A stretch of DNA of 48,412 bases from Actinomycetota bacterium (lineage in GTDB: Bacteria; Actinomycetota; Thermoleophilia; Gaiellales; Gaiellaceae): positions 1 to 48,412 of the forward strand of contig JBKPQP010000141.1 in the NCBI GenBank assembly GCA_046734155.1, written 5' to 3'. The position numbers and the translations under genes are program-made. Positions 1 to 8,144 of the stretch are shown here, piece after piece. Under the pieces are notes generated by a model that ran no database searches, had not been told where the DNA came from, and saw only the letters and a program-made list of their open reading frames with translations. Within the stretch, counting starts at the first letter, position 1. Each line of letters begins with the position of its first letter.

Positions 1-103
1 GTGGTGGTGGGGGCGGCGGTGGCGGTGGTGGTGGGGGCGGTGGCGGTGGTGGAGGCGGCGGTGGCGGTGGTGGAGGCGGCGGTGGCGGTGGTGGAGGCGG
101 CGG
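1..103. repeat. GGN-triplet tandem repeat: three perfect 21-bp copies plus degenerate copies, encoding poly-proline on the minus strand
   Basis: The unit GGTGGCGGTGGTGGAGGCGGC occurs perfectly at 39-59, 60-80 and 81-101. Positions 1-38 are degenerate copies of it. In the kinase frame every codon from 2 to 103 reads CCN (Pro). Confidence 0.9.
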
Positions 104-1090
104 CGCCGTCGTCGTCGTCCCGGGTGTCGAGGATGGCGTGGGAGTGTTCGAACCGTTGTCGCTTGCGATCAGCGCAAGCGCTATTCCCGCCACGATGAGC
201 AGGGGCACGCCGATAAGCGCCGCGAGCAACCACGGCCGCCGCCTCGGACGGGGCTGCGGGATCACCTGAGTGGCCGCTTCGCCCGCGATGGGAACGTGCA
301 TCCCTGAGAGCAGCCCGACGAGCGTCCGTCCGTCCGGCGGGCGATCCACCGGCGATTTGGCCATCGACTCCTCGGCCACTGCTGCGAGCCTCGTCGGAGC
401 ATCGGGCCGAAGCGAGTGAATCGCAGGCGGAGCCTCGTACTGCTGGCGGCGTAGCAGGTCGACCGGGTTTGCCGCCTCGAACGGGAGCCGTCCGGTGAGC
501 ATTCGGTACAGGATCACGCCGAACGCGTAGACGTCGCTCGCAGGCGTGGCGCCCTCGCCGGCAGCCTGCTCCGGAGACATGTAGGCGGCCGTGCCGATCA
601 GCGTCCCCGCCTCGGTCAGCGTGTCCACTCCGGCCATGCGCGCAATGCCGAAGTCCGAGACCTTGGCGCGGCCCTCCTCGTCGAAGAGGACGTTGGCCGG
701 CTTGAGGTCGCGATGGACGAGGTCGTGCTCGTGTGCGTACGCGAGCCCGGCAGCTACGTCAGTGGCAATCGTTCCCGTCTCTGCATCGGGGAGCGGGCCG
801 CCGCTGTCGCCGAAACGCTCCTCGAGCGTGCCGCCGGGGAGGTGCTCGAAGACCATGAACGGCCGGCCGCCTTCGCTCCCGTAGTCGTAGAGACGGCAGA
901 TGTTCGGATGCGACAGCGAGGCGACAGCGCGTGCCTCCCGCTCGAAGCGCTGCGGGTCGGCGTTGGCGCGCAGGAGTTTGAGCGCAACCTCACGACCGAG
1001 CTGCGTGTCGGTCGCGAGCCAGACCTCGGCCATCGACCCCGCTCCCAGCTGCTGCTCCAGCCGATAGCGGCCGGCGAACGTCTCGCTCAT
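1..1090 (-). CDS. Hanks-type Ser/Thr protein kinase, single-pass membrane protein; the C-terminus runs off the window
   Basis: Absent from the ORF track because the frame is open to position 1. Minus-strand translation from ATG 1090 gives MSETFAGRYRLEQQLGAGSMAEVWLATDTQLGREVALKLL (Gly-loop and VAxK). HRDLKPANVLF is the complement of 683-715, followed by DFGIA and MSPEQ. Then come RRRPWLLAALIGVPLLIVAGIALALIA (TM, about 165-245) and a Ser/Thr/Pro tail. Confidence 0.9.
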   Translation of the reverse strand, partial: MSETFAGRYRLEQQLGAGSMAEVWLATDTQLGREVALKLLRANADPQRFEREARAVASLSHPNICRLYDYGSEGGRPFMVFEHLPGGTLEERFGDSGGPLPDAETGTIATDVAAGLAYAHEHDLVHRDLKPANVLFDEEGRAKVSDFGIARMAGVDTLTEAGTLIGTAAYMSPEQAAGEGATPASDVYAFGVILYRMLTGRLPFEAANPVDLLRRQQYEAPPAIHSLRPDAPTRLAAVAEESMAKSPVDRPPDGRTLVGLLSGMHVPIAGEAATQVIPQPRPRRRPWLLAALIGVPLLIVAGIALALIASDNGSNTPTPSSTPGTTTTAPPPPPPPPPPPPPPPPPPPPPPPPPPPPPPPPPP

Positions 1091-1103
1091 CCGGCAGTAG
1101 CTT

Positions 1104-2312
1104 ATGGGCGGCTTGGCCGGGACCGGAAATCTCATTTCGATCGACGAGGCGCGCCGCCTGGTCCTGGAGCGCGTCGAGCGCCTACCGGCGGAGAGCATCC
1201 GCCTCGAAGCCGCGCAAGGCCGGGTGCTCGTCGACGATGCACCTGCGACCGTCGATCTGCCGCCGTTCGACAGCTCCGCGATGGATGGCTTCGCCCTGCG
1301 CTCGGCCGACACGCCTGGGCGGCTCCCAGTCGTCCACCGCGTCGCCGCAGGAGCTCCGGCGCCCCGTGCACTCGAAGCCAACGAGGCGATGGGCATTGCG
1401 ACGGGCGGCCTGGTTCCGGCGGGTGCAGATGCCGTCACCCCCTTGGAGGATGTTGTCGAGTCTGCCAACACAATTGAAATCGAGCAGACCGTCGAGCGGG
1501 GTGCGAACGTTCGTCCCGCAGGTGGAGACAGCGCAGCAGGCGAGACGGTCGTGGAGGCAGGGACGCGCCTCGAGGCCCGCCACCTTGCCGCGCTCGCCGC
1601 GGCGGGCGTTCCGGAGTTGCGGGTCGCCAGGAGGCCGTGGGCCGCCGTCGTCGTGACGGGCAGCGAGCTTCGACCGCCGGGCGAACCGCTCGATGCGGGA
1701 CAGATCTACGAAGCGAACGGGATCTTGCTCGAGGCGCAGCTCCTTTCGGCCGGCGCCGAGGTCGAGCGGGCGAGGGCGGTCGTGGACGAGGAGGCGGCCC
1801 AGCGCGAAGCCCTCGCACATGGGCTCGAGGCCGACGTGCTCGTGACCTCGGGTGGGGTCTCGGTCGGCCCGCACGACCTGGTTCGGGCAATCCTGGGCGA
1901 GCTCGGCGTCGAAGAGGTCTTCTGGGGCGTCGCGGTCAAGCCCGGCAAGCCGATCTCGTTCGGCGTCGCTGGGCGCCGGCTCGTGTTCGGCCTGCCAGGA
2001 AATCCGGTCTCGGTGCTCGTCGGCTTCGAGCTCTTCGTTCGTCCCGCTCTGCTGGCACTGCAGGGCTGCGCCGATCCCGGGCCGCAGTTCGAGCGAGGCG
2101 TGCTCGGTTCGAGGCTCACGCGAAACCCGGCTCGAGACGAGCTCGTGCGCGCGCGGGTTCGCCGGCCCTCGGACGGCCCGGTGCTCGAGCCGCTCGCGGG
2201 ACGCGAGTCACACATGATCGCGCGCGCGGCCGCGGCGGACGCGCTCGTCCTCATTCCACGTGGAAACGGTGACCTGAGCGCCGGCGAGGCCGTCGAGTTC
2301 CTGCGGATCTAG
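1104..2312 (+). CDS. moeA: Molybdopterin molybdenumtransferase MoeA
   Basis: 402-aa ORF. N-terminal ISIDEARRLV and PPFDSSAMDGFALR. MoCF-binding core VVVTGSELRPPGEPLDAGQIYEANG ... LVTSGGVSVGPHDLV. C-terminal beta-barrel domain. Confidence 0.9.
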   Translation: MGGLAGTGNLISIDEARRLVLERVERLPAESIRLEAAQGRVLVDDAPATVDLPPFDSSAMDGFALRSADTPGRLPVVHRVAAGAPAPRALEANEAMGIATGGLVPAGADAVTPLEDVVESANTIEIEQTVERGANVRPAGGDSAAGETVVEAGTRLEARHLAALAAAGVPELRVARRPWAAVVVTGSELRPPGEPLDAGQIYEANGILLEAQLLSAGAEVERARAVVDEEAAQREALAHGLEADVLVTSGGVSVGPHDLVRAILGELGVEEVFWGVAVKPGKPISFGVAGRRLVFGLPGNPVSVLVGFELFVRPALLALQGCADPGPQFERGVLGSRLTRNPARDELVRARVRRPSDGPVLEPLAGRESHMIARAAAADALVLIPRGNGDLSAGEAVEFLRI

Positions 2313-4219
2313 GGCCCGGCGGCCCGGTGTTGCTGCTCTGCCGGGCGCTTCCGGGTCCTGGAGGCGAGCACTGCTCTGCGCAGCAAGCGCCGCGCAGGCC
2401 CGAGCCGGGGCCGTTCGGCGGCACTTGGATACGGCCCATAGCGCCGCGCGGTGATCGCGGTCAGCTGGGCGGCGACGGCCAGCCACGCGCCGCCGACGAG
2501 CAGCGTCGGTAGCTTCACGTAGCCCACGGCTGCGAGCTGTGCGAGGTACCAGGGAGCGTCGAGGCCGAGCCCGAGCCGCGTCGCGATGGAGCCGACGAGA
2601 AGCAGCGGTCCGAAAAAGCCGCCGACCAGCGCAGCCAGCTGAATCGGCGCTGGGCTGTTCCGTGTTTGGGGAAGCCAGATCCACGCGTGCAGGGACGGCA
2701 GGACGAAGATGACTGCGTACGGGTTCATCGCCACGATCAGGAGCGAGAGCACGGCCAGGGCGAGCAGCGCGGCAACTTGGCCGGAAAGCTCCTCACCGTC
2801 CCCCAGGGGACGTCTGGGAACGAGGCGATCGCGGCCGAAGAGCCAGCCGAGCCCAAGGAGGGATCCGTACGCGACGAGCGCTAGCGCCGGCCACTCCGTT
2901 CCGGGCGACAGCTCAGGCGCGAGCGGTCGCGCAGCTCCGGTCGCCCACGCTCCGAGAAGCGCGAAGAACTCGAAGAGGAGCACCGCGAAGAGCCAGAAGA
3001 GCAGCCGTGTCCGGTAGCTCCGAAGCGCCGGAGCGAGCGGAATGTGCCGGCGGCGCAGGCGCGCGAAGAGGTCGACGATCACCGCCAGGGCCGGCAGCAT
3101 GGCGACGAATAGGATCAAGACGATCGCCCAGCCGCGGACTGCACGAGCGCCGAGGTAGACATAGCTCGACGTCCCCTCCGCGAGCTCGACGTCGTCGTCC
3201 AGCGATTCGAGCAGCGCCTGGCCGGAGCGGCCGATGCGCGTCAACCGTGCGCCGTTGAGCCGGTCGGGCGTGTCGCCGAAAGCGGGCGGCGGGCGGTCAC
3301 CGCCGGAGGTGAGCGCTACTGCCGCGACTCCGTGCGCCACGAACGGCGCCTGCTCGTAGAGGCTCAGCGGGAAGGCCAGGTCGAGCAGTTGGGAGAAGGC
3401 GCGCGGCCAGGTCGGCTCGGCGCCGGTCTGCTCGGTGAGCCGTGCGGCGGCGGTGCGCAGGAGCACCGGTGAGGCGAATCTCGGCGTATCACCGGAGAAG
3501 ACGAGGTGCGGTCGGCCGCTTCCGGCGATCGCGTCCAGGTCGACGACGGCAACGACACGATCGCGATAGCGGTAGTGCGTGATGAAGTGCTCGGCGCCGA
3601 GGCCTCCGTATGCGCCCGCGTCGCTGGACAGAAAGAGAATCGAGTGGTTCGGCTGCGGAGGCTTCGGGGGCGCCTGCGGCGTCGCGTAGGAACGCGCGAG
3701 CTCGAGCAACGCGGCGGTTCCGGAGCCGTTGTTGTTCGCACCTGGGCTGGCGCCGGTGTTGTCGCGGTGCGCGACGACGACGATCAACTGGTTCGACCGG
3801 CCCTGGCGCGTCGCGATCAGGTTCTCGAGCGCGACCTCCCCGCGGCCGGGGATTTTCGCGTGAAAACGCTCGCGGCCGAGCTCCAGACCGTACTGCGTGA
3901 GCCGCTGGCCGACCCAGTTCGCCGCTCTGCGCGCGCCGGGAGTGCCGGGAACGCGGTCCGGGTTGTTGTTCGCGAACTGTTCCGCGGTCAGTCGGGCGGT
4001 CGCGCCGTCGAAGTCGGGCTGCAGCGTGGGCGCGGGAAGCGGCTGCGGATGGAAGACCGTGAATGCGGCGATCAGCAGTGGTATGCCGACGAGCAGCCAC
4101 GTGCCCCGGTACATCCGGCTGTTGACGGGGCGATCGACCGAGCCGGGTCGGGGCCGGCGCCGCTCGCTGGAAGGCGGATGGGCGGCCATGCGTGGCAATA
4201 GTAGGGACGGCCCCGGCAC
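2309..4219 (-). CDS. Membrane-bound M28-family Zn aminopeptidase with a polytopic C-terminal domain
   Basis: N-terminal TM (WLLVGIPLLIAAF). M28 core (VVVAHRDNTGASPGANNNGSGTAALLELARS; LFLSSDAGAYGGLGAEHF). Several hydrophobic helices follow in the C-terminal half. The start is uncertain (GTG 4219, ATG 4189 or ATG 4114) and none has a clear SD. Confidence 0.8.
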   Translation of the reverse strand: MPGPSLLLPRMAAHPPSSERRRPRPGSVDRPVNSRMYRGTWLLVGIPLLIAAFTVFHPQPLPAPTLQPDFDGATARLTAEQFANNNPDRVPGTPGARRAANWVGQRLTQYGLELGRERFHAKIPGRGEVALENLIATRQGRSNQLIVVVAHRDNTGASPGANNNGSGTAALLELARSYATPQAPPKPPQPNHSILFLSSDAGAYGGLGAEHFITHYRYRDRVVAVVDLDAIAGSGRPHLVFSGDTPRFASPVLLRTAAARLTEQTGAEPTWPRAFSQLLDLAFPLSLYEQAPFVAHGVAAVALTSGGDRPPPAFGDTPDRLNGARLTRIGRSGQALLESLDDDVELAEGTSSYVYLGARAVRGWAIVLILFVAMLPALAVIVDLFARLRRRHIPLAPALRSYRTRLLFWLFAVLLFEFFALLGAWATGAARPLAPELSPGTEWPALALVAYGSLLGLGWLFGRDRLVPRRPLGDGEELSGQVAALLALAVLSLLIVAMNPYAVIFVLPSLHAWIWLPQTRNSPAPIQLAALVGGFFGPLLLVGSIATRLGLGLDAPWYLAQLAAVGYVKLPTLLVGGAWLAVAAQLTAITARRYGPYPSAAERPRLGPARRLLRRAVLASRTRKRPAEQQHRAAGP

Positions 4220-4230
4220 AATTAGCCCGG

Positions 4231-4929
4231 ATGCCGGACTCTTCGACCATCCTCCTCGTCGACGACGAAGACTCTGTCCAGAAGCTTCTGACCTATCCGC
4301 TCGAACGCGACGGGTTCCGCGTCGTGTCCGCGCGGGACGGCGAGGAGGCGCTCACGCGCTTTGCCGAGCAGACGGTCGACCTCGTCGTGCTCGACATCAT
4401 GCTCCCGAAGCTCGACGGGCTCGAGGTCTGCAAGCGGCTCCGCGCGGAGAGCTCGGTGCCGATCATCATGCTTACGGCCCGCGACGACGAGTTCGACACG
4501 GTGCTCGGGCTCGAGCTGGGCGCCGACGACTACATCACCAAGCCGTTCTCGATCCGCGAGTTCCGGAGCCGGGTGCGCGCGCTGCTGCGGAGAGCGGGCG
4601 CGTCCCGCCGCGACGTTTCCGAAGCCGAGCCGCTCGAATCGGGCGCGCTTCATCTCGATCTCGACCGGCGCGAAGCGAGGGTCGACGGGCGCGCGCTCGA
4701 GCTGACGTACGTCGAGTTCGAGCTGCTCCGGACGCTTGTCGCCCAGCCTGGGAAGGTCTTCAGCCGTCGGGCGCTCCTGCAGGCGATCTGGGGCGATTCG
4801 TCCTATCGAGAGCCGCGGACGATCGACGTCCACGTCCGCCACCTGCGCGAGAAGGTGGAAGAGGACCCGAGCGAGCCCGAGCTGATTCTCACGGTCCGGG
4901 GCGCCGGTTACCGGCTGCGCGAAGCGTGA
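4231..4929 (+). CDS. OmpR/PhoB-family response regulator (MprA/MtrA-like)
   Basis: Receiver domain: ILLVDDEDSV, DLVVLDIMLPKLDG, MLTARD. Winged-helix domain: LTYVEFELLRTL, RTIDVHVRHLREKVE, VRGAGYRL. I placed the start at ATG 4231 (MPDSSTILLVDDE); the track ORF begins at 4192. Confidence 0.9.
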   Translation: MPDSSTILLVDDEDSVQKLLTYPLERDGFRVVSARDGEEALTRFAEQTVDLVVLDIMLPKLDGLEVCKRLRAESSVPIIMLTARDDEFDTVLGLELGADDYITKPFSIREFRSRVRALLRRAGASRRDVSEAEPLESGALHLDLDRREARVDGRALELTYVEFELLRTLVAQPGKVFSRRALLQAIWGDSSYREPRTIDVHVRHLREKVEEDPSEPELILTVRGAGYRLREA

Positions 4930-6335
4930 GGCACTTCCGGACAGTCGGCGCCCGCCTGGCGATTGCCCTCCTCGTCGTGGTTGCAGCGGTCCTGCTGGCC
5001 GTCTACCTGATCGTGATTCCGTCGCTCGAGGACCGGCTCGTCAACTCGCGCAAGGACCAGGTCGCGACGGTCGCCGAGGCCGTGGTTGCGAGCATCAACG
5101 CCAACCGGGCGCCCACCGACGACCTCGCGGCCGGCTACGCCTCGGCGTCGAACGCGCGCGTGACCATCTTCGATGTTTCGAGCCGCTCACCGCTGACGTT
5201 GTCCGATATCGCGGACGCTGGATGCGGCGCATGCGCCGGCATCAACGACGACCCAGTGGCCATGCGGGCGGCCCAGTCGCTTACGTCGACGCGCGGGGTG
5301 GTGACACGCGGCGGCCGGAAATACGCCGAGGCCGCGCAGCCGACTCGGAACCGACAGAACATCGTCCTCGTCTCCAATTCGATCGAGGACTCGCTCGACA
5401 GCGTCGCTCTCGTCGAGCACCGCCTCGTGATCTCGGCCCTGCTGGCGCTACTCGCCGCGTTCCTTCTCGGCTACGGGGGCGCGCGGCTGTTCGCACGGCG
5501 GATCCGGCGCCTCGAACGAGCGGCCGAGCGGATCGCGAACGGCAGGTTCGACGAGCCGATAGTCGACACGAGCCCCGACGAGCTTGGCCAGCTCGCCCGG
5601 GCATTCGAACGCATGCGCCAGCGACTCGTCGGCCTCGAGCACGCGCGCCGCGAGTTCATCGCCAACGCGTCGCACGAGCTCCGGACGCCGCTCTTTTCGC
5701 TCGGCGGTCACCTCGAGCTGCTGGTCGAGGAGGACCTTGACGAGGCGACCAGGCGTGAGTTCCTGGGGCGGATGCGCGAGCAAGTCGACCGGCTGACCAA
5801 GCTTGCCGGCGAGCTTCTCGACCTCTCCCGTCTTGACGCCGGCCGACTCCGAGTCGACCGGGACCCGGTCAACCTTGCGCAGGTCACGGAGCTCCTGCTC
5901 GAGGAGTTCGATTCGCGCGCTCAGGGCACCGGGCACGAGCTGTCACGCGACGGGGTTGACGGAAGCGCCACGGGCCTCGGTGACCAGCAGCGCATTCTCC
6001 AAGTCGGCCGGGCGCTCGTCGAGAACGCCCTGCGCCATACGCCTGAAGGCACGCGCGTCCTCCTAAGCGCTAGCCGGGACGGCGACCGTGTCGCGATCAG
6101 CGTGACGGACGACGGTCCCGGCATCTCCGATGCCGCCTCCGTCCATGTGTTCGAGCGCTTCTACCGCGGAGACACGGGTGGACGAGCGTCGGGCAGCGGG
6201 CTCGGTCTCGCGATCGCGCGTGAGCTCGCCGTTGCCATGCAGGGCGAGATCGAGCTCTCATCCGAGCCCGGTCGCACCGTGTTCACGTTCTGGCTTCCCG
6301 CAGCATCCAGCACCTCCTCTCCGGCGATCGAATAG
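4926..6335 (+). CDS. Sensor histidine kinase (HAMP-HisKA-HATPase, MprB-like)
   Basis: GTG 4926 overlaps the regulator stop (GTGA). The track ORF from 3897 is an upstream extension of the same frame. TM LAIALLVVVAAVLLAVYLIVI, extracytoplasmic segment, second TM. H-box FIANASHELRTPL. ATPase boxes LVENALRHTP, DDGPGI, GSGLGLAIA. Confidence 0.9.
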   Translation: MRHFRTVGARLAIALLVVVAAVLLAVYLIVIPSLEDRLVNSRKDQVATVAEAVVASINANRAPTDDLAAGYASASNARVTIFDVSSRSPLTLSDIADAGCGACAGINDDPVAMRAAQSLTSTRGVVTRGGRKYAEAAQPTRNRQNIVLVSNSIEDSLDSVALVEHRLVISALLALLAAFLLGYGGARLFARRIRRLERAAERIANGRFDEPIVDTSPDELGQLARAFERMRQRLVGLEHARREFIANASHELRTPLFSLGGHLELLVEEDLDEATRREFLGRMREQVDRLTKLAGELLDLSRLDAGRLRVDRDPVNLAQVTELLLEEFDSRAQGTGHELSRDGVDGSATGLGDQQRILQVGRALVENALRHTPEGTRVLLSASRDGDRVAISVTDDGPGISDAASVHVFERFYRGDTGGRASGSGLGLAIARELAVAMQGEIELSSEPGRTVFTFWLPAASSTSSPAIE

Positions 6336-6371
6336 GTTGTCAAGATTGACAACGAAGCGGACAGAGCCGAG

Positions 6372-7589
6372 GTGGCTACAGTTCCGCCCGTGCGCCGAGA
6401 CCCGGGTATCGCGGTCGTAGCGCTCGCAGCAGCGGTGCTGGGGGGAGTTGTCGCGATGCTCGTCGCCTCGGCCGCGGGGCTCACCAACCGGAAGACGAGC
6501 ACCGTGTACGTGCCGACAACCGCGAACGAGATCGGTTCAGGCAGCGAGCCGATCGCGCGCTCAGCGCCGCTCGGCGGGAGGGGCTTCAACCCCTCGCGCA
6601 TCTACAGGGTCCGGTCGCCGGGCGTCGTGACCGTGTTCGCGGTCTTCGACTCCTCCGGAGAGCAGGAGGCGCAGGGCTCCGGCTTCGTCGTCACGCCCAG
6701 CGGCTACGTCCTGACCAGTGCGCACGTGGTGACCGACGTGGTCGAGTCGGCTCATCCAAGCGAGGCCCACGAGGTCTTCATCGCCTTCAAGGACGGAGAC
6801 CGAGTCAAGGCGAAGATCATCGGCTGGGACGGATACGACGACGTGGCGCTGCTGAAGGTCGACCCTGCGGCACACCGGCTCGTGACGGTGCCGCTCGGTG
6901 ACTCGGCACTCGTCCGCCCCGGTGACCCGGTCGCGGCGATGGGGAGCCCGTTCGGCAACGAGGACTCGATCGCGGTCGGGGTCGTCTCGGCGATCCACCG
7001 TTCGATCGCCTCACTGACCTCGTCGTACAAAGTCGTCGACGCCATCCAGACAGACGCGCCGATCACGCACGGAAACTCCGGCGGTCCCCTGTTCGACGCG
7101 CGTGGGCGCGTGGTCGGCATCAACGCGCAGATCCGCAGTGACTCGGGCGGCGCCGAGGGCGTCGGCTTCGCGGTGCCGATCAATGCAGCGAAGCGTTCGA
7201 TGGGGCAGCTGATCGCGACGGGGCAGGTGGTGTACGCATTCCTGGGAGTGACGACCGAGGACCTCACCCCGACGCTCGCACGGCACCTTGGCTACTCGGT
7301 GAGCCGCGGCGCCATGGTCGGCGAGGTGCGGGACGGCAGCCCCGCAGATCACGCCGGCGTGCACGCAGGCGACGATCAAGAGATCTTCAACGGGCTCGAC
7401 GTGACGACCGGCGGCGACGTGATCGTCGCGGTCGACGGACAGCCCGTGCGAAGCGCCGACCAGGTTGTGCGTGACGTCAGCTCGAGGCTCCCGGGCGAGA
7501 CGATCCGGCTGACGGTCGTGCGCGGCCACACGCGAAAGACGCTGATCGCGAAGCTCGGCGCCAGGCCGGATACGGACACGAACCCCTGA
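6372..7589 (+). CDS. HtrA/DegP-family serine protease with C-terminal PDZ domain (PepD-like)
   Basis: N-terminal membrane anchor. Catalytic-triad contexts LTSAHVV, DVALLKV, THGNSGGPLF. PDZ segment GAMVGEVRDGSPADHAGV...GDVIVAVDG. It lies directly downstream of the two-component pair. Confidence 0.9.
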   Translation: MATVPPVRRDPGIAVVALAAAVLGGVVAMLVASAAGLTNRKTSTVYVPTTANEIGSGSEPIARSAPLGGRGFNPSRIYRVRSPGVVTVFAVFDSSGEQEAQGSGFVVTPSGYVLTSAHVVTDVVESAHPSEAHEVFIAFKDGDRVKAKIIGWDGYDDVALLKVDPAAHRLVTVPLGDSALVRPGDPVAAMGSPFGNEDSIAVGVVSAIHRSIASLTSSYKVVDAIQTDAPITHGNSGGPLFDARGRVVGINAQIRSDSGGAEGVGFAVPINAAKRSMGQLIATGQVVYAFLGVTTEDLTPTLARHLGYSVSRGAMVGEVRDGSPADHAGVHAGDDQEIFNGLDVTTGGDVIVAVDGQPVRSADQVVRDVSSRLPGETIRLTVVRGHTRKTLIAKLGARPDTDTNP

Positions 7590-7637
7590 GTCGATGACGT
7601 TACGAAGCTTCTCCCACGGGTATCAGGAGGACACGAG

Positions 7638-8081
7638 GTGATGTCCGTGCAAGATCATCCTTCGGCCGAGGTGGGCAGTCCGACCGTTCGACTGACGATT
7701 CCCGCGAAGGCCGAATACATCACGCTCGTGCGACTGGCATTGAGCGGGCTGTCCGGCCTGCGCCCGCTCAGCGACGAGACACTCGGCGATCTGAAGCTCG
7801 CTGTCACCGAGGCGTGCACGAACTCGGTGCGCCACGGCTACAACGAGGGCGAGGGGACGGTCGAGGTCATCTACGAGCTCCTTCCGGACCGGCTCGTGGT
7901 CGAGGTCGTGGACGACGGCCCCGGGTTCGACCCATCAGGAGATCGGCCGCTCGGCGAGGGTCTCGCCGAGGGCGGGCTCGGCATCGCGATCATCCAGGCG
8001 GTGTCCGACGAGTTCGAGGCCGGCAAGCAGAACGACGGCACCGGGTCCCGCCTTCGCTTCGTGAAATTCCTGGAGCAGTAG
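7638..8081 (+). CDS. RsbW/SpoIIAB-type anti-sigma factor serine kinase (GHKL ATPase)
   Basis: 147 aa. N-box LAVTEACTNSVRHGY, G1 VVDDGPGFD, G2 GGLGIAII. AGGAGG at 7625-7630 precedes GTG 7638 and ATG 7641. Confidence 0.8.
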   Translation: MMSVQDHPSAEVGSPTVRLTIPAKAEYITLVRLALSGLSGLRPLSDETLGDLKLAVTEACTNSVRHGYNEGEGTVEVIYELLPDRLVVEVVDDGPGFDPSGDRPLGEGLAEGGLGIAIIQAVSDEFEAGKQNDGTGSRLRFVKFLEQ

Positions 8082-8144
8082 TCCCGAAGGCGCTCCACGT
8101 GCAGGAGGCGAGGGGTATCGTGCTGAACCCGTCGGGAACCGCCG

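Noticed and set aside
1-198. Plus-strand ORF MVVGAAVAVVVGAV... and possible G-quadruplex or CRISPR-like repeat
   Set aside because: The ORF is the mirror reading of the kinase poly-Pro tract. The repeats are contiguous 21-bp units with no spacers, so this is not a CRISPR array. The G runs are mostly GG, so at best weak two-tetrad G4 potential, which I cannot support from sequence alone.
3897-4925. N-terminal 343-codon extension of the histidine kinase ORF in the track
   Set aside because: It overlaps the whole response-regulator gene in another frame and the M28 peptidase in antisense, and it is Arg/Ala/Pro-rich. The kinase's first TM helix follows the GTG at 4926, which forms a GTGA junction with the regulator stop.
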